From positions 20,420,417 to 20,484,416 of the forward strand of contig CM119270.1 in assembly GCA_051294375.1 (NCBI GenBank): DNA of 64,000 bases. Direction: 5' to 3'. Below are positions 13,801-64,000 of the stretch, piece after piece. This DNA is from Paraspadella gotoi. Taxonomy: Eukaryota > Animalia > Chaetognatha. The notes below the pieces were generated by a model that saw only the letters and a list, made by a program, of their open reading frames with translations, was not told the DNA's origin and ran no database searches. Every line of letters begins with the position of its first letter. Positions within the stretch are counted from its first letter, which is position 1. Position numbers and translations under genes: made by a program.

Positions 13801-14837
13801 TATCTTCCCCCTTCCTCTTTCTTTTTATCTCCCCCCTTCCTCCTTCTTTTTATCTTCCCCCTTCCTCTTTCTTTTCCATCCTCCTTCCCCACTTCCTGAG
13901 CTAGGCATAGGAAAGATGGAGCAGGGCGTTAACCTGGAAGTTTTTTCAGAAAATCGGACAATGTGCCCCCCCCCCTTTTCAAGAAAACCTGCAGAATCCA
14001 TCGACGGCGTATTGTTGACACTTTGGACTCAGATCCACGCAATCTCGCTTCTCTTCGTCTTCCTCTTTTTCTCTCGGCTTCAGTTTGAGATGGACGATCG
14101 CGCGCAGTCGTCGTCGTTTGCGGTCGGAACAGGCGTCGCAGGCGTAGGGACAGGCCTTTTCCATGAAGGCCTGATGATCCGGGTCACTGAATGAGAAGGA
14201 GAGTCTTATTTAACGGGTCATTTCCAAGAAGGCCTGATGATTCGGCTCACTGAAGGAAAAGACCTTTTCTTTTTGCGAAAGAAAGAAAAGGAAAAAAATA
14301 TTTGTAACTTTTACAAAAACGCAAATTGCTCAGGTACAATTACAATTACGTATACAATTACAATTACAACTTGAAAAAGGTTTAGGCAATGTTGTAGACA
14401 TGCCTGTGACAACAGGCGGTCGCCCTGGAACCGCAGCCACTACGCCAATTTGATGGATACCCTAGGCAATGAAACCATTGACAATTTGGCCATTGGTATG
14501 TCAGTCTTGTCATTTCGCTCAGTAAAACTCTCACAAACGCACAATGTGGAACTCTTTCCTCCAGACGCACCCTTTCCACTCCATCCATATTCTCGATCAT
14601 AGTACCACACTCGGTCTATCACACTTCCCCTTTAGGATCTATACATACTTCACACACAACATCCCCTTCCACTCACGTGCACAGTCCGTCAGTCGCCATT
14701 TCTTCGCACGCAGGATCCGTGTCCACACACACGCTTCTCTCGGCGACTTCGCTCGGTCTCCTTTTTGTGAACGACGCCGGTGCCACGAATCCGACGCCGC
14801 AAACGAGGAGAAAGAGATAGAGCGACGCCGCCGCCAT
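9286..14837 (-). CDS. Secreted multi-ShK (ShKT) domain precursor, 8 ShK domains, 9 exons, ~499 aa
   Basis: Exons 14677-14837, 13989-14186, 12624-12761, 12019-12216, 11607-11822, 10910-11104, 10571-10762, 10172-10309 and 9286-9349 all have GT/AG boundaries, all introns are phase 2, and the total is 1500 nt ending in TAA. The N-terminus MAAASLYLFLLVCGVGFVAPA is signal-peptide-like. The motif C-x-D-x4-C-x8-C-x12/13-C-x3-C-x2-C repeats eight times (e.g. CQDFSPKCEQYAVDGLCRDSETSNLMAKSCAFACDSC), matching the ShKT cysteine pattern. Confidence 0.88.
11353..11597. repeat. 40-bp minisatellite, ~6 copies, in an intron of the ShK gene
   Basis: AATCCGTTCG recurs at 11361, 11401, 11441, 11481, 11521 and 11561. 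The unit is TCTCACAATCCGTTCGCATCCGA(C/T)CATCTGTTTGCAACT(C/T). Confidence 0.95.
13045..13293 (+). mobile_element. tRNA-derived SINE-like interspersed repeat, copy 1
   Basis: Closely similar to 13521-13747. It contains an A-box-like TGGCTGAGCAGG and, ~40 nt downstream, a B-box-like GGGTTCAATCCC (Pol III internal promoter spacing). A diverged fragment of the body recurs at ~14398-14462. Confidence 0.55.
13521..13747 (+). mobile_element. tRNA-derived SINE-like interspersed repeat, copy 2
   Basis: Direct repeat of 13045-13293 (CTTAAAGCTGCCTCACTG...CACAGGCTATCCTCC(C/T)GTTGCCATAA) with an internal deletion. Confidence 0.55.
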
Positions 14838-15390
14838 CTTGGATTTTTCTTTTCAAAGTTTATATTTTTATTTTTCCTTTTTTTGAAAAAATTTTTAAAT
14901 TAGTTGATCTTCAGTTAACCCTGACATAATTAAATCATTTATTAAATTTAGTAAAGAAAACCGATTCACAATTGATGGCATTATCATCACGAAGTAACAA
15001 TGATTCAGTGAAACCTTGGCGACTTACTTAAAATTATTTATGTTTACAGTTGAATTTCCGAAAACGAAAAAAAACTGAGACGCTGGAAAATTATCTGAGA
15101 GACCAAATGTCTTTTCCCTCTTTTCTTCTGATTTACCAATCAGAAAGGAGGCTTCCTTTAGAAAATAGACGACAGGGAAAGAAGCAAGTGAACGTAATCA
15201 CTCTTTACTTACCTTCAAGAAAGAAAAAGGAAACAGGAGAAATTTTTAAAAAATGAAAGATTCAATCGAAGATTTTAAATTTTTCCGCCATTTATTTTTT
15301 CATTCGATTATTCGTGGATCGAATCCTTCGCTCCTTTTATAAGTTCGTGGGTGATAGTGGTTCATGGTTGGTGAGGAGGACCCAGAGTGA

Positions 15391-15451
<61 letters not shown>

Positions 15452-16817
15452 GGAGACGGAAGGCGTCCCGTGATTCTGGGTGGTCTGCGAACGATGACGA
15501 CGACACCTAAGGAAACGTCAATAACTGAAACAATCACGACATTTTTATCAATAGTAAACAAAACATTTACAGAAACGCTTCCGCTGGGAGGGGTGAAACA
15601 GTTCTCAGACTCAGTGTTATCTTTTATTTAGCAACCGGGAATCTAAATATGTTCGTAGATGCGGAAAAACTACACACAAAAAGTTGGTTTTTTTTTAATA
15701 CGAATACCTATACCAATTATAAGTAAGGGTGTCGTCGGGTAATGCATATTCATGCATTAAAACATAAACATGTATACATGATATCGAGTTTATAAACCTA
15801 TAAACATACAATATTCCGTCCTGACCCGTGGTTCATTGGGTAATACCATCAGCTCGTGACCGTGAGGTACCCAGAACGATTCCCAGTGGATAGTTGTCTT
15901 CAGCTCACTTAGCGACTTATCCTCAAAGAGACAAAAGGGAGCGGAAGCCTTGAAAATTAAAACAGTAAAATAGAAAACTTCCGACTGATTATTTATACAT
16001 TTACGAATCGAGAGATAAAGCTTCAATATGAGGGCTCTCCCCCCCCTTTTTTTTTCTCTCTGGCGTTGCCCGTCCCCAGCGTCCAACTTTTTCTAGTTAT
16101 CTCTCCTTTGTTTGTCAAATTCATTTATCGTATTGACCTTTTTCGCCCGTTTGTTTGGTTAATTAGTTTTTGATTCTTTTTGTGATAAAAATAAATCGGA
16201 TGTGAATAAAAATTTATTTCTTCGAGTCAAGTTCGACCACCCAAAAGGATTCGGCGAGATGCGACTGATCGATCAATCAATCGATGAATCAATCAATAAA
16301 TCGATGAATCAATCAATGAATCAATCAATCGATGAATCAATCGATCGAACGATCCATATATCAATCAATCAATCAATCAGTCACTCAATCAATAACCCAA
16401 AATATTTTAAACTTAGTCTTTAGAAAGTCAGGGAAAATATAGGTTATTAATCAAATGAATGAATAATTATCATATTGATTAAATCAATTTTATAACTGAA
16501 TCATATCAGCATAATTTATTAATCAACGGGAAAAGAAAACCAATTTAAAATTCTTCTTTAGAATTAATAAAAAGAAAAATCAAATCCTCACTTCGATGGG
16601 AAGATTCGGAAAATCTCCCTTTAAATTTTCCTCAAAGGTTGAGTGTTATTATTTGTCACGATTTAATTCAAGTTTCAAGTCGATCCCGCTTTCTGTATAT
16701 ATAAAATTTAAAATTTAAAATTTAAAAAAAAAATTAAAATCCGAAGAAAAGAAGGAAAGGCCAAGAGAGGCAAACCAATTTGGTCAATCAGATCCATCGA
16801 CTGGTCCATTTCCTGCG

Positions 16818-20100
<3,283 letters not shown>

Positions 20101-21456
20101 ACGATTTTTTTTCGCCCACAGATAGATCCTCGGCTTTCGAATTATATTTGTAAAGTTTGCTCTCAGAGTTGTTAAAATATTTTTAGAATGATTACAAAAA
20201 TTGTTGTAGTATTTCTTTTCGACTTTTCGTTCGCTTAATCTCGTTAAATGATTTAAACGATTTTGTCTTTCTTTGTCCACATTTTGCTAAATATGAGGCG
20301 ATTCAAAGAATAGCTCATATCATGTACCCAATGTAACAGTTTTATTTTATTTATCTCGATCTACGCACGTTTTTCGAAATAGGCTTTTCGCGGTTGCCTC
20401 GGATTTTATTGATGGTATTTACTTTTATTTAATAATTTCTTTATTCATCCACTGATTAAACTAACTGAACAAATTAACGAGTAGCTAAGGGGTGTATCAC
20501 ATGAGGAAAATAAGTTACAGAAATTGATGGCTAACTTTGATATCTTTTTTTAACAATGTATATATATTATATATATATATATATAATTATATATAATATA
20601 TATATATATAATTATATATAATATATAATTATATATGACTGTTCCAAAATAGTGGAATAAAACAATATCGGTGAGAGGAAGGAGGTGAACGACTTCACTT
20701 TAATTATATCAGGTTTGGTGTTACATGAGGGACATTAACATATAAATGACTAGAAATTGTAATTCATTGTAAACATGAACGTATCCTATTTAATTAATGA
20801 TTGTAAACTCAACAATTTGAAAAAAAAAAGTATAGCCGAAAAATCGCCAACGATTCCGAGGAAATGAATGACGCAGGTTAACAAACAAACTAGAAAGTAT
20901 TATCTTTTTTTTTTTGTCCGTGGGTCATTCCAGATACGTTGTTATTTATTGCGTTACAAATAAAATAAGACATATTTCAATATTTCGGTGTTCTTTTTCG
21001 AGCACCGTTACAATGGAACGTAATACGCGTATCTGAAACTCAAAAGAACAAAATAAATTTGAGTATTTTCGTTTTGAGCTAAACGCGTACGGATATTTTG
21101 AACGAACGGGTATGTTCTCTCCGATTGAGCGTCCTTTTAATATTTCTATTAAAATTAGGTTAATAACAAAAACACAAAAAACGAAATAGAGTATAAATTG
21201 TATCGTCCACAATCGTTCCAAATTTCTGAGATTTCAATCGTCAACGATTAAAAGTTAGACGTGTCACGTGATCAAAAAAAAAAACAACAACAACAAAAAA
21301 AAAAAAAAAAACAGAACAAAACAAAACAAAAAAACGAAAACCAATTTGTATTTCTCACAAGATGAAGATCTTAAAATGTTCAAGTTCAACCTAATCTTTA
21401 TTCAATCAGATTCATCTTTTCCCAATCAATTTTTTCCCCAATTGATTTTTTCCCAA

Positions 21457-63301
<41,845 letters not shown>

Positions 63302-64000
63302 CTGATGATAAAAAAACAAGAGATATCAAGTTAGCAATCAATTAAATAAGTGAATGAATTAAAAGTATATTCTAATGAATCAATCATTCAGAAAAAAACG
63401 AAGTTACAGATAATAGTCTTCAGCCCACTTCGCCCCTTCACCACATAATTTTCCGCAAATAATCTCTCCTTCTTTTGGACATAATCTTTTGCGAAAAGTT
63501 TGGACACAAACTTACTTCCGTTGTTGCTTTAAACAATACAACTTTATATCCGAAAATGATAAAATATCATTAATCATAGTCGTCAACAAACGAACGAATA
63601 AAATCAGAGACCGAAGCAACAAAACCTCACCAGTTTGACTTCTGATTTCTCGACCCCAAAAAAAATGGAAAATGGAAAGAAATTTTGGGAGCGAAAGAAA
63701 TCTCTTGGAGGAGAAGAAAAAAAAAGTCTGGAGGCAGAAAACATCATCGGTTTTGCTAGAGAAGAAAATTCTTTGATCCGTTACTCTAACAGTCGAGACT
63801 CTGTTTTTCAAAACGCGAAAAATACGATCACAACAAAAGTGAATTTCGGTGAATAAACGGACGCGGATAGAGAGCGAGAGTGAAAGATAGAGACAGACGC
63901 ACGAAAGGAGAAGATTACCACAAGGACCTATTAATTTCATTGCACATTAGAGTGACGTGAAAATAATAAAATTTAACAAAATTAATATTTAGCGTATAGA

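Noticed and set aside
63512-63940. Minus-strand 142-aa ORF as the preceding Dab PTB exon
   Set aside because: Only vague similarity (SQTGE; SFSDIKLY) and no acceptor/donor pair giving a convincing phase-0 join. The true upstream exons are probably outside the window.

Overview
This window is animal (metazoan) nuclear DNA, not prokaryotic. It is AT-rich with dense (AG)n/(CT)n microsatellites, several N-gaps and GT-AG introns. I assembled four protein-coding genes by hand, checking splice phase at every junction. (1) A ZFYVE26/spastizin orthologue on the minus strand (~2609 aa, only one 71-bp intron). (2) A secreted ~499-aa polyprotein on the minus strand with eight tandem ShK (ShKT) six-cysteine domains separated by KR/RxxR processing sites; every intron falls at the same codon of each domain. 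(3) An ABHD6-like alpha/beta hydrolase on the plus strand with an intact Ser-Asp-His triad but atypical elbow and oxyanion motifs. (4) A long Disabled (Dab) PTB-domain adaptor on the minus strand (at least 18 exons, 21457 to at least 63301, 5' end not resolved) carrying both Dab1-type tyrosine motifs and Dab2-type NPF/DPF motifs. Introns contain MITEs (TA-target and hAT-like), a decayed LINE, tRNA-derived SINE-like repeats, HINE/Helentron-like repeats, minisatellites, a tRNA-Gly pseudogene and a ~1-kb foldback. The best candidate for a novel system is the multi-ShK toxin/neuropeptide-like precursor. All family assignments come from recalled motifs, not database searches, and the organism cannot be named from this sequence.
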